Shown here piece by piece: positions 32,511-41,950 of a DNA stretch of 64,000 nucleotides. The position numbers and the translations under genes were made by a program. Positions within the stretch are counted from its first letter, which is position 1. Every line of letters starts with the position of its first letter. Below the pieces are notes generated by a model, which had not been told where the DNA came from, made no database searches, and saw only the letters and a list, made by a program, of their open reading frames with translations. The DNA is taken from positions 22,123 to 86,122 of the forward strand of contig JAJCZB010000041.1 of NCBI GenBank assembly GCA_029262595.1, in the 5' to 3' direction. Source of the DNA: Candidatus Babelota bacterium. GTDB taxonomy: Bacteria > Babelota > Babeliae > Babelales > Vermiphilaceae.

Positions 32511-34127
32511 ATGAAAAGGTTTAATAAAAAACTTTTGGTGCTACTTTTTGCCCTAGTAGGTGGCAGCTTACTTGCAGGCGACTGCTGCCGCACTGAATGC
32601 ACCCCTGATAGTAGCTGCGATTGTGAAATTACAAGCAGATCTTACCTTTCAGTTCGCCCTCATTTTCAGTCTGCTTCACCAGAATTAATTTCAGGCTTTA
32701 GAAGCGACCGCCTCCATTCTAATGAAGATGGATGGCATGGAGCTGCTCAGCTCACAATTTATGGTAGCAAATCAACAAATGATATCGATCTTGCGCGATA
32801 CTTCTTTCCATTCTGTAAAACTTCACTCATTGTAGAAGAATTTGGTAGCGATAATTCACCAGTATTACCAACCAGCTCTCGACCAATCGACCTATTGGCA
32901 AACCACTTTAATATCTTCACTCCTAGAGGGGATTTTAAAAGTGAAATTTCCATCCGTCCAGAGCAAAGCGTAGTTGGTGCTGGATTTCAAGTTCGCAAAG
33001 CTATTGGAATGAATGAAGAAAAAGGACGTGGATTCTATACCAGCGTTTCTTTTCCTATTGAACGCGTAAAAAATAATCTTAGATTCCAAGAAAACATCAT
33101 TAGAGATGGTGGTGGCGCAAGCCCAAGCCGTGATAGCGGTACCGCTGTTGCTAATATGACTGAAGCATTCCAACAAGAAGAATGGGCATTTGGTAAAATC
33201 AGCATGTTTTCACAGTCAAAAACTGGCGTTGCTGATATGGAATGGAAACTTGGTTATGAATGGATCCAAGAAGAGCCATTTCACCTTGAGTCATACCTTG
33301 GAATGCTCATTCCAACAGGCAACAAGCCTGATGGACAATTTCTTTTTGAGCCAATTGTAGGTCATGGCCGTCACTGGGGTATTATGCTCGGAAACAGCCT
33401 CGGTATTGAAATCTGGAGCGATGAAGCAAAAGATCGTTCATTCAGAATGGAATATGCTGGACACACGCAATACCTATTTAGAAATACGCAATGCCGCTCA
33501 ATTGATTTAGTATGCAAACCGTGGTCTCGTTACATTGAAGTGTACCGCAGCGAAGATGAAGCTACATCTGCAAGCACTTTCACTGCACCACGAAGTGCAG
33601 ACTTTGCAACTCCTGGAATAAACGTATTAACAGTTCCATTAAAAGTTCGCCCTGGATTCTCTCACAATATGACTACTGCAGCACAATTTAGATCAAGCAA
33701 TTGGAGAATAGAAGGCGGATATAACTTATATTGCCGTCAGTCTGAGTGCGTTAAACTTGCTTGCCCATGGCAAGAAGGACCAGCTGTCAAATACTTCAGC
33801 GGTTCTGGTGTAACTAACCCGGTTCGTGATATAACTGGTAATGCTCGCCTTGAAAACATCACAGTTAATGCTCAACCAGGAACCGGTAATCGTCTAAGCC
33901 TTGGCGATTATAAATACAACGTCATCAAAGAAAAAGATCTTGATCTTGTATCTGCAACTAGCCCAACAGTTATCACTCACACAATCTATTTAGCTGGTGG
34001 ATACACTTTTGAAGATTACGACTACCCAACATTCCTTAATGCTGGTGGTTCTTATGAGTTTAATAAGAGCAACAATGCTGGCGTAGAACGTTGGACCATC
34101 TGGGCAAAAGCCGGTCTTTCATTCTAA
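32511..34127 (+). CDS. Large outer-membrane beta-barrel protein (possible major OMP/porin)
   Basis: Signal peptide, a Cys-rich N-terminal stretch, beta-rich body, and C-terminal KAGLSF. Strong SD (GGAGAG) and a strong terminator suggest high expression. Confidence 0.55.
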   Translation: MKRFNKKLLVLLFALVGGSLLAGDCCRTECTPDSSCDCEITSRSYLSVRPHFQSASPELISGFRSDRLHSNEDGWHGAAQLTIYGSKSTNDIDLARYFFPFCKTSLIVEEFGSDNSPVLPTSSRPIDLLANHFNIFTPRGDFKSEISIRPEQSVVGAGFQVRKAIGMNEEKGRGFYTSVSFPIERVKNNLRFQENIIRDGGGASPSRDSGTAVANMTEAFQQEEWAFGKISMFSQSKTGVADMEWKLGYEWIQEEPFHLESYLGMLIPTGNKPDGQFLFEPIVGHGRHWGIMLGNSLGIEIWSDEAKDRSFRMEYAGHTQYLFRNTQCRSIDLVCKPWSRYIEVYRSEDEATSASTFTAPRSADFATPGINVLTVPLKVRPGFSHNMTTAAQFRSSNWRIEGGYNLYCRQSECVKLACPWQEGPAVKYFSGSGVTNPVRDITGNARLENITVNAQPGTGNRLSLGDYKYNVIKEKDLDLVSATSPTVITHTIYLAGGYTFEDYDYPTFLNAGGSYEFNKSNNAGVERWTIWAKAGLSF

Positions 34128-34155
34128 ATCCCTCGAATATTTGCATAATGTGAGA

Positions 34156-34185
34156 GGCCCCGGTATACGCCGGGGCCCTTTTTTT
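34156..34185 (+). terminator. Rho-independent terminator
   Basis: GGCCCCGG-TATACG-CCGGGGCC followed by C and a run of seven T. Confidence 0.85.
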
Positions 34186-34333
34186 GGCTCTCTCAATCAA
34201 CGCCTCTAATCGAAAAATCCTTTATTTTAGGCCCAAACATGCCAAAACTCTTGATTTTGAGTATTTCACTTTGATACAGTGAAGATAGGAGAAGTGAAGT
34301 ATTTCCAACCAATAAACCCAATAAGGGGGCATT

Positions 34334-34735
34334 ATGAAGAAGCTCTTAACGGTAGGTCTATTCCTATCACTTTCAATCGGTTCTGCTCAAGCATTCACAC
34401 AGCAGGTACCAAACGTTAGAGACAAGCCATTTGGCTCAATGGCAGGGCAAAACCCGCCAATTTGGGAGCAACCACGCACTGGACCACTTTTTGGTGGTCA
34501 AAGACCAACCTTTGGTGAGCTGGCTATCTCTCGAATGAATTTGTCACAGGTTAAAAAGCGCTTAAACACAAACTCAGCGAAATTAAAAGAAATAAACCGA
34601 CAGATCTCTGATCTTAAAAAAGCAGTACGAAAAAATCCTGATATGCAGGGCAAACTTAATATTCTAAAACAGCAACAAGAACAACTCAATGCAACTAAAG
34701 CAGCCCTTCAGCAACGAATGAAAGCTGTTAAATAA
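34334..34735 (+). CDS. Small secreted coiled-coil protein (1 of 3 in tandem)
   Basis: Signal peptide MKKLLTVGLFLSLSIGSAQA. C-terminal heptad-like segment LKEINRQISDLKKAV...LKQQQEQLNATKAALQQRMKAVK. Confidence 0.5.
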   Translation: MKKLLTVGLFLSLSIGSAQAFTQQVPNVRDKPFGSMAGQNPPIWEQPRTGPLFGGQRPTFGELAISRMNLSQVKKRLNTNSAKLKEINRQISDLKKAVRKNPDMQGKLNILKQQQEQLNATKAALQQRMKAVK

Positions 34736-34806
34736 GCAAAACAGTTGCGAGTGGCTGCGAATATAGCTTCGCAGCCACCTATCATCAATTTTGCTCAGGA
34801 GAGATA

Positions 34807-35184
34807 ATGAAGAAGCGCATTATACTCATTCTATGCATTACTGCATTCAGTGTTCACAAAAATACACAGGCTTTGTTGTCCTGGGAAGAAAAATTAGAGC
34901 TTGAAGGTAGGCTCGGTGAAGTTCTTGAAAACGAACTTGAAGACGTAAGAAAAAATAAGCAGGAAGCTATCGAACAAATAGCTGAATACCAGGACGATAT
35001 TACCAGGTACAAAAGCGCTCCCGCAACCATGCGTAATAGCCAAAACATTGATGCGCAAATAGCCGGGCTTTCAAAACAAATTAGCAGAGAAAAAAGAAAG
35101 CTTTCGCAGCTAAAAAGAAAAGAAGTTAATCTTGAGAACAAACTACAAGCGCTTAAAGCAAAAGAAAAATCAATTAACGGATAG
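34807..35184 (+). CDS. Small secreted coiled-coil protein (2 of 3)
   Basis: Signal peptide MKKRIILILCITAFSVH. Charged coiled coil ending LSQLKRKEVNLENKLQALKAKEK. Confidence 0.5.
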   Translation: MKKRIILILCITAFSVHKNTQALLSWEEKLELEGRLGEVLENELEDVRKNKQEAIEQIAEYQDDITRYKSAPATMRNSQNIDAQIAGLSKQISREKRKLSQLKRKEVNLENKLQALKAKEKSING

Positions 35185-35199
35185 ATTGGGAGAAATGTC

Positions 35200-35421
35200 A
35201 TGAAAAAAAATAAAAATATAATGGCGTTTCTTCTTTCCTTAGCTGGCGTTTTTTTTGCTACGCCTACCTACGGGAAAAAAAAATCTCGATTAAATCCGCT
35301 AAAGACTGTCATACAAAGTAAAATCAAAGCGTGTAATAATGAAATTGCACAAGCAGCGATGCACAAAGCAAAGCTGCAAAAGCAACGAGATATCTTACTT
35401 AAAAAGTTAAGCGAATTATAA
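35200..35421 (+). CDS. Small secreted coiled-coil protein (3 of 3)
   Basis: Signal peptide MKKNKNIMAFLLSLAGVFFATPTYG. Short helix ...AKLQKQRDILLKKLSEL. Confidence 0.45.
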   Translation: MKKNKNIMAFLLSLAGVFFATPTYGKKKSRLNPLKTVIQSKIKACNNEIAQAAMHKAKLQKQRDILLKKLSEL

Positions 35422-35435
35422 AAAATCATAAAAAA

Positions 35436-35460
35436 GGCCCCGAAAATTCGGGGCCTTTTT
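35436..35460. terminator. Bidirectional rho-independent terminator between the coiled-coil genes and secA
   Basis: GGCCCCGAA-AA-TTCGGGGCC flanked by an A-run upstream and a T-run downstream. Confidence 0.75.
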
Positions 35461-35461
35461 A

Positions 35462-37996
35462 CTATTTACTTCCGTGACATTTTTTATATTTCTTACCTGA
35501 TCCACACGAACACGGATCATTTCGGCCTACTTTATCGCCATCACGCTCTACTTGCTTAGGAGTGTCACTTCCATCCCCTGAAACAAGATTAATCTCATCC
35601 AATTCTTTCTGGCGTTTCGCTTCAAATGCATGCTCATCAAATCGATCAACATTAATATGGAAAATGTGACGCACAATATCATATCTAATTTGATTCATCA
35701 TATCGCGAAACATATCAAATGCTTCACGTTTATATTCAATGATAGGAGTTTTTTGCCCCCATCCACGCAATCCAATACCTTCTTTCAAATTATCAAGATT
35801 AAGCATATGCTGCTTCCATGCCTGATCAATGGTCTCAAGAATAAGCCACTTTTCTGCGTGTCGAATCATTTCTTTATCGTCTTGATTTCTAAAAAGATCA
35901 TATCGAGAAAGCAAGAAGTTGATAACATCTTTTTTAAAGACTTCAACGTTTTTCGTGCTTATTCCAGCATCATTAAATGCTTCTACTGGAAGCCCTATGA
36001 CTTTAGATAAAGCATCATAAATCGCATTCACTTGCTGTGAAGTAATTGAATGCTTTTGGCAATGTGCAAAAATCGTCTCTTGCGCTATTTTTACAATAAA
36101 GTCTCGTACTAATTCATAAATACGATCGTCTCCATCCAATACATCCCGACGATAAGAATACACTACATTACGCTGCTGATTGAGCACATCGTCATATTCT
36201 AATAAATGTTTACGAGTTTCAAAGTTGTGTTTTTCAACTTTTTCTTGCGCTCTTTCAATTGTTTTAGAAACAAAGCGAGACTCAATAATTTCGTCTTCCT
36301 GCATTCCAAATCGTTCCATATTTTGCTTGAGCGTATCACCTGCAAAAATACGAATTAAATCATCTTCCAATGAAATATAAAAGCGCGAATCGCCCGGATC
36401 TCCTTGACGACCAGATCGCCCACGCAATTGATTATCAATACGTCTGCTTTCATGCCTCTCGGTTCCCAAAATGTAGAGTCCCGACGCTTCTTTCGATTCA
36501 GGAGTCAGCTTAATATCTGTTCCACGTCCCGCCATATTGGTCGCGATAGTTACGCGTCCTGGATGCCCGGCGAATTCTACAATTTCAGCTTCACGAGCAT
36601 GCTGTTTTGCATTGAGCACTTCGTGCGGAATACCGGCTGCTTTTAGAATGTTACTCAGAAGTTCTGAAGTTTCAATAGCAATCGTACCAATCAATATTGG
36701 TTGGCCTTTTTTATGACGTTCTTTAATGTCTTCTACAATCGCTTTATATTTTGCATTTTTAGTAAGAAAAATAAGATCTGATTGGTCATTACGCACCATC
36801 GCACGATTCGTTGGAATAGAAACAACATCTAGTCCGTAAATATTATGAAACTCTTCTGATTCAGTTGCTGCAGTACCAGTCATACCAGCAAGCTTTTCAT
36901 ACAATCTAAAATAATTTTGCAAAGTAATCGATGCAAGAGTCTGGCTTTCTCTTTCAATCTCCACTCCTTCTTTCGCCTCAAGAGACTGATGGAGCCCATC
37001 ACTATAACGACGTCCAGGAAGAATTCGACCAGTAAACTCATCAACAATTAATACCTGGCCATCCTTTACCACATAATCAACGTCGCGACGAAAAAGAGAA
37101 TGTGCTTTAAGCGCTTGCTGCACATGATGCAAAAGATTCATATGATCAACTGCATAAAGATTATCAACATTGAAAGCGCTTTCTACTTTATCAATACCAG
37201 CCTCAGTCATCTGAACAGAGCGGGCTTTTTCATCTACTTCAAAATCTTCATCTTTTTTTAAGCGAGAAACAACACGGCTTGCATCAGAATAAAGCTTGCT
37301 ACTTTCTTCCCCTGATCCAGATATGATAAGAGGCGTACGCGCTTCATCAATCAAAATAGAATCAACTTCATCAACAATCGCGTAATAAAGAGGGCGTTGA
37401 ACATAATCTTCTGCTCGAAACTTCATATTATCGCGCAAATAATCAAAACCAAGTTCGTTATTTGTCGCATACAAAATATCGGCATTATATGCTTTTACTC
37501 GATCTTCATCAGTCATGCTGTTATAGAGGGCTGCAACTTCCAATCCCAAGAAATTATAAATCGGAGCCATCCATTCAGAGTCACGACGAGCAAGATAATC
37601 ATTCACCGTTACTAAATGCGCTCCTTTGCCAGTCAAGGCATTCAAATAAAGCGGCAATGTAGCAGTAAGCGTTTTACCTTCCCCTGTTTTCATCTCAGCA
37701 ATTTTCCCCTGATGCAAAACGATGCCACCCATCAGCTGCACATCGTAAGGGCGCTGATCAATTGTTCGTTTTGCCGCTTCTCTTGCAACTGCAAAAGCTT
37801 CTGGCAGTAAATCGTCAAGTGTTTCGCCTTGAGAAAGACGCTTTTGAAACTCACCAGTCTTAGCTGCTAGTTGATCATCAGGAAGAGCGCTAATAGCAGG
37901 CTCAAACGCATTTATTTGTGCGACAATAGGGCGCAGTCGTTTAACTTGACGCTCATTATCGGTTCCAAGAATCTTTGAAAGTATGTTAGTAATCAT
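35462..37996 (-). CDS. secA: Preprotein translocase ATPase SecA
   Basis: MKTGEGKTL Walker A, DEVDSILIDEARTPLIISG, MTGTA, TNMAGRGTDI, and C-terminal zinc motif CSCGSGKKYKKCHG. Confidence 0.95.
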   Translation of the reverse strand: MITNILSKILGTDNERQVKRLRPIVAQINAFEPAISALPDDQLAAKTGEFQKRLSQGETLDDLLPEAFAVAREAAKRTIDQRPYDVQLMGGIVLHQGKIAEMKTGEGKTLTATLPLYLNALTGKGAHLVTVNDYLARRDSEWMAPIYNFLGLEVAALYNSMTDEDRVKAYNADILYATNNELGFDYLRDNMKFRAEDYVQRPLYYAIVDEVDSILIDEARTPLIISGSGEESSKLYSDASRVVSRLKKDEDFEVDEKARSVQMTEAGIDKVESAFNVDNLYAVDHMNLLHHVQQALKAHSLFRRDVDYVVKDGQVLIVDEFTGRILPGRRYSDGLHQSLEAKEGVEIERESQTLASITLQNYFRLYEKLAGMTGTAATESEEFHNIYGLDVVSIPTNRAMVRNDQSDLIFLTKNAKYKAIVEDIKERHKKGQPILIGTIAIETSELLSNILKAAGIPHEVLNAKQHAREAEIVEFAGHPGRVTIATNMAGRGTDIKLTPESKEASGLYILGTERHESRRIDNQLRGRSGRQGDPGDSRFYISLEDDLIRIFAGDTLKQNMERFGMQEDEIIESRFVSKTIERAQEKVEKHNFETRKHLLEYDDVLNQQRNVVYSYRRDVLDGDDRIYELVRDFIVKIAQETIFAHCQKHSITSQQVNAIYDALSKVIGLPVEAFNDAGISTKNVEVFKKDVINFLLSRYDLFRNQDDKEMIRHAEKWLILETIDQAWKQHMLNLDNLKEGIGLRGWGQKTPIIEYKREAFDMFRDMMNQIRYDIVRHIFHINVDRFDEHAFEAKRQKELDEINLVSGDGSDTPKQVERDGDKVGRNDPCSCGSGKKYKKCHGSK

Positions 37997-38082
37997 ATAT
38001 ATCCTTACAAAAGCCCGACTCAGTTGAGTCTTTCATATGGCACAACTATACCATATTTAGCCTGATCTCTCAATTACGATGC

Positions 38083-38832
38083 CTATTTTATAGTAACAAC
38101 TGTCATCTGCCTGCCAACTATTGTTGGATCTCCGTGACGCACGCCACGACGATGCGAATGAAAGCGGGTGTCGCATATCGTACATGAATTATATTCTTTG
38201 CGTATCGCATCCTGTGCAACTCCTTCGCGCAATAGCTGCAATTCTATAAAAAATGGGAGATCAAAAAAAAGGGCGTTTCCATTTGCCAGTAGGGCCTTTT
38301 GGGCGTAAGGATAGGTTTCAAAGTGCACTTCAAACTGACTATCTACCTGATAGCAACATTGCTTAGCGCTCGGCCCAAAAAAGATTGTAAAATCTGATGG
38401 GCTCACTGCATATTCTTGCTTCATTCTATTAATCATTTCTATAACAACGCCCAAGGCTGCCCCTCGCCATCCGGCATGCGCAATCCCAATTACATGTTTT
38501 TTTCGATCATAAATAATTACCGGCAAACAATCTGCCGTCAGTACACCAATTCCAACGTTCAGTTCTTGCGTAATCAAAAAGTCGCCATCATACTTCAATG
38601 GCCTTACCGCATCAATATTTGTAGGAGATATTACCATTCCGTTAGCACCATGCACTTGATGCAAAAAAAAGAGAGCGCCCAAATGAAGGCGTTGGGCGAT
38701 TGGCTGTATTGGCAGACGAGACAAAATATTGGAATTGTTCCAATTTTGATATTCATCAGGAAACATTTGATCTTTTGCATCGCCAAAATAAATCTGATAC
38801 TGGGGAGCAGAGTGAATAATCATAATGCTCAA
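38083..38832 (-). CDS. pgeF: YfiH/PgeF-family (DUF152, laccase-domain) purine nucleoside phosphorylase / peptidoglycan editing factor
   Basis: LHQVHG, LTADCLPV, GIAHAGWRG, and CTICDTRFHSHRR. Confidence 0.8.
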   Translation of the reverse strand: MSIMIIHSAPQYQIYFGDAKDQMFPDEYQNWNNSNILSRLPIQPIAQRLHLGALFFLHQVHGANGMVISPTNIDAVRPLKYDGDFLITQELNVGIGVLTADCLPVIIYDRKKHVIGIAHAGWRGAALGVVIEMINRMKQEYAVSPSDFTIFFGPSAKQCCYQVDSQFEVHFETYPYAQKALLANGNALFFDLPFFIELQLLREGVAQDAIRKEYNSCTICDTRFHSHRRGVRHGDPTIVGRQMTVVTIK

Positions 38833-38875
38833 TTAGACTAAGAAGGGCCCTATTCGGGCCCTCTTTATTAATTAA

Positions 38876-40366
38876 TTAGTTTGCATCGGGGTTAGGAACT
38901 GCAGCTGGTGCGGCCGTAGTTGACTTAGGGACCGCAGCAGTAGAAGACCCTTTTGCTGCCTCGCGTAATGCATCGGCCTCGGCTTGTTTTGCACGAGCAA
39001 GCGCTTGATCCGCCGATATTTTTTCCTTTTCTAATCGCATTCGTTCTTGCTCTCGAGCATCCTCTTTTTCAATTCTTTTATTTTCAAGAGCAACTTCTTG
39101 CGCATGATGGCGCTCACGATCGAGTCGTTCTGCTCGATCTCTTTCTTTTTCTGCATCAATACGCTCTTGCTCTAATCGAAGCTTTTCTTGCTCTTGCTCT
39201 TTTTCCGCTTGAATGCGTTGCTGCTCAAGCGCTACTTGCTGCGCATGCTTTTTATCTTTTCTCTGCCGGCGAACATCTGTTTCATATCCAGGTAAAGAAG
39301 TTACCGTATCTCGTAACGAAGGAAGAAATGTGGCTAGATCGCCTGATCGCTTGAGAAGATCTACTGCTCGTGGACAAAACGAATCTTCAGTATTGAAAAG
39401 TATTGCCTGTTGATCCATGGCTACTCGTGATTTCTCTAAAGATGTAATAGCAGCATTCGCTTTTTGAGCTACATATTTAAATGGATACTCTTGCTCGGAA
39501 TAAACAGCTTTTATTTTAGCTGCAAGCTCATCGGGTGTACTAAAAGATACTTGCCGAGCAAATGCATCAAGCTCAGTAAATGTTTTTTCCAATTGAACAA
39601 ATGTCCGTAAAGCTACTATGTTTCGCTGAATCTGCTTCAGATCGTCTAGCCATACAGCTGCCTGATGGGCAAGCATCACATAGCGCACGCCAACCTTACT
39701 GGCTAAACCAACAATACGACCATTCACCTGCTTTTCAAGCTGATTTAATGCTTGCATATTGTGAGAGGTGTAAAAATCATAAAGCTGCGAAACAGTTCGC
39801 AATTCTCCATATTTTCTTGCAAGCTCACTCAGTACACTGTGTAGCTCAAAAAAAACTTTATGCTCAGTCCAAAAATCTGCCATCACTTGTAACTTACTAT
39901 GCAGACCAACCAACTGCTCTTTCACCTTTATCAATTCATCATCATCTATAGCCCCTTTTTCCCTATCTCTTTTAATGCGCTTGGTAAGCATATCAATACG
40001 CCGCCCAAGCTGTGGAAGATCCCGCAAAACGTCTGGAACGCGAGGTAGATCCCTATGGCCGGCCAAATCAAACAATTCCCCTTCTTGATTGAGACCTATC
40101 TTTAATAATTTAGGATTATATAAAAGAGCCATAGAACCATATTTTTCGCTCACTGCCTCATACAAACTTTGCGCATGATCACATAGTTCTTCATTGGATG
40201 CTTCTTTAAAATACCACCTATAAAACGACACCGAAGCCGCAACTGTTATCACCGCAGCTGCGCCTACGCCGACCATTTCTGTGCTAGACCACGAATGTGA
40301 TTCTACCTTTTGAGTAATCGCAAGAGAAAAAATACACAAAAGACTTAATAGCTTTTTATGGCTCAT
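38876..40366 (-). CDS. Membrane-anchored hypothetical protein with a charged E/K/R/Q repeat region
   Basis: Signal/TM segments at the N-terminus. The C-terminal third contains duplicated HAQ(Q/E)VALE(Q/N)(Q/K)RI(Q/E)(A/K)E... units, then an Ala/Pro-rich tail. Confidence 0.5.
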   Translation of the reverse strand: MSHKKLLSLLCIFSLAITQKVESHSWSSTEMVGVGAAAVITVAASVSFYRWYFKEASNEELCDHAQSLYEAVSEKYGSMALLYNPKLLKIGLNQEGELFDLAGHRDLPRVPDVLRDLPQLGRRIDMLTKRIKRDREKGAIDDDELIKVKEQLVGLHSKLQVMADFWTEHKVFFELHSVLSELARKYGELRTVSQLYDFYTSHNMQALNQLEKQVNGRIVGLASKVGVRYVMLAHQAAVWLDDLKQIQRNIVALRTFVQLEKTFTELDAFARQVSFSTPDELAAKIKAVYSEQEYPFKYVAQKANAAITSLEKSRVAMDQQAILFNTEDSFCPRAVDLLKRSGDLATFLPSLRDTVTSLPGYETDVRRQRKDKKHAQQVALEQQRIQAEKEQEQEKLRLEQERIDAEKERDRAERLDRERHHAQEVALENKRIEKEDAREQERMRLEKEKISADQALARAKQAEADALREAAKGSSTAAVPKSTTAAPAAVPNPDAN

Positions 40367-40480
40367 ATTAGACCCTTCAATAAGGTTTTGTTTCTTAGAT
40401 AAAGTCAGAAGGAGTATAACAGATTCTCTATGGCGTGCAAAAACAGGTATCTATTTTAAATAGGCTACTTAACTCAAAAA

Positions 40481-40505
40481 AGAGGAGCTTTCACTCCTCT
40501 TTTTT
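40481..40505 (-). terminator. Rho-independent terminator after the small zinc-ribbon gene (symmetrical)
   Basis: AGAGGAG-CTTTCAC-TCCTCT flanked by an A-run and a T-run. On the minus strand the stem is followed by TTTTTTGAG. Confidence 0.7.
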
Positions 40506-40524
40506 CTTAATCAAACAAATGCAA

Positions 40525-40674
40525 TTACTGCAAACCACCCATGCGGCACACTGTAGTATCACACTTCGGGCATTTGCCCTTGGCTATTTTTGTGCCTTTT
40601 TTAGTTTTTGATTCTTTAGGGTTTTTTATATCAACTTTCTTTTTACATTTAACACAGTATCCCTTTGTAGCCAT
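40525..40674 (-). CDS. 49-aa zinc-ribbon protein (2 x CxxC), absent from the ORF track
   Basis: My own translation: MATKGYCVKCKKKVDIKNPKESKTKKGTKIAKGKCPKCDTTVCRMGGLQ*. AAGGAG lies 6 nt upstream of the ATG, and a terminator follows immediately. Confidence 0.7.
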   Translation of the reverse strand: MATKGYCVKCKKKVDIKNPKESKTKKGTKIAKGKCPKCDTTVCRMGGLQ

Positions 40675-40699
40675 TAACCTTCTCCTTAATTATGATTAA

Positions 40700-41932
40700 T
40701 TATTTCACATCATCTTGTTGTGCTTGTTTTCGCAAATAAGCAGGAACATCCAAATCGTTAAGATCAATCTCTGAACTCATTTCTAGCTTTTCATGATCAA
40801 CATTTTTTTCTTGAGAAGCCTCTGCATGGACCTCTTCTTTTTTATCCGACTCATTATTCTGATTTTCTAATGGCTTATGACCTGCCATTTGAGTTTCTGG
40901 TTTTTCAGTTTCACTTGAAGAGTCTAGGACGGTTGGCTGCACTTGGTCTTTCTGGTCTTCAGCGCGGTCGCCTTGGCATCCCGTTGCAATGATAGTTACA
41001 ATAACATCATCTTCTAGCGATTCATCAATAACTGAACCCAAAATAATATTTGCATCTTCATGTGCCTGATCATAGATCACAGAAGCTGCTTCGCTAATTT
41101 CATGTAATCCCAAGTTAGTACCACCAGTAATATTAAGAAGAACGCCATGCGCCCCCTTAATGCTTACATTTTCTAGTAGAGGCGATGCGATCGCTGTTTC
41201 TGCTGCCTTGCGTGCACGTTCTTGCCCAGAAGCTCTACCCGTACCCATTACTGCAATACCTCGATCACGCATAATGGCGCGAACATCTGCAAAATCAACG
41301 TTAATATGTCCCGGACGAGTAATAATATCTGAAATGCCCCGCACCGACTGACCTAATACTTCGTTAATCATGCCAAATGCATCAATCATTGATACATTTT
41401 GATCAACCACATCAAGTAACTTTTGATTAGGAATAATAATCATCGTATCTACTTCTTTGCGTAATGCATCCACTGCATCATGCGCAATTTGAGAACGACG
41501 TTTGCCTTCAAATAAAAAAGGCTTAGTTATAATAGCAATAGATAAAATGCCTTTTTCCCGTAACGCTCGCGCAATAACAGGAGCAGCACCAGATCCCGTG
41601 CCTCCTCCCATTCCTGCTGTAAGAAAAACAATATCCGCATCTCCAACAGCATTCATCACCTTGTCTAAATCTTCTTCTGCTGATCGCTTGCCTATTTCAG
41701 GATTAGCGCCCGTACCGAGCCCTTTTGTAGATTTCATACCGATTTGAATTTTTTGATCTGCTTTAGAAAGAACCAATGCTTGCGCATCGGTATTTGCCAC
41801 AATACATTCAAACCCTTCATAGCCAACATCAATCATACTATTTACTGTATTTCCACCTGCCCCACCAATACCAATTACTTTAATAGAAGCAACTGCTACC
41901 AAGTCTTTTTTTTCTGTATCCAGTGCAATCAT
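40700..41932 (-). CDS. ftsZ: Cell division protein FtsZ
   Basis: GIGGAGGN and GMGGGTGSGAAPVIA tubulin signature, T7 loop NVDFADV, and an acidic C-terminal linker ending DVPAYLRKQ. Confidence 0.95.
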   Translation of the reverse strand: MIALDTEKKDLVAVASIKVIGIGGAGGNTVNSMIDVGYEGFECIVANTDAQALVLSKADQKIQIGMKSTKGLGTGANPEIGKRSAEEDLDKVMNAVGDADIVFLTAGMGGGTGSGAAPVIARALREKGILSIAIITKPFLFEGKRRSQIAHDAVDALRKEVDTMIIIPNQKLLDVVDQNVSMIDAFGMINEVLGQSVRGISDIITRPGHINVDFADVRAIMRDRGIAVMGTGRASGQERARKAAETAIASPLLENVSIKGAHGVLLNITGGTNLGLHEISEAASVIYDQAHEDANIILGSVIDESLEDDVIVTIIATGCQGDRAEDQKDQVQPTVLDSSSETEKPETQMAGHKPLENQNNESDKKEEVHAEASQEKNVDHEKLEMSSEIDLNDLDVPAYLRKQAQQDDVK

Positions 41933-41950
41933 TATATCTCCTTGTACTGG

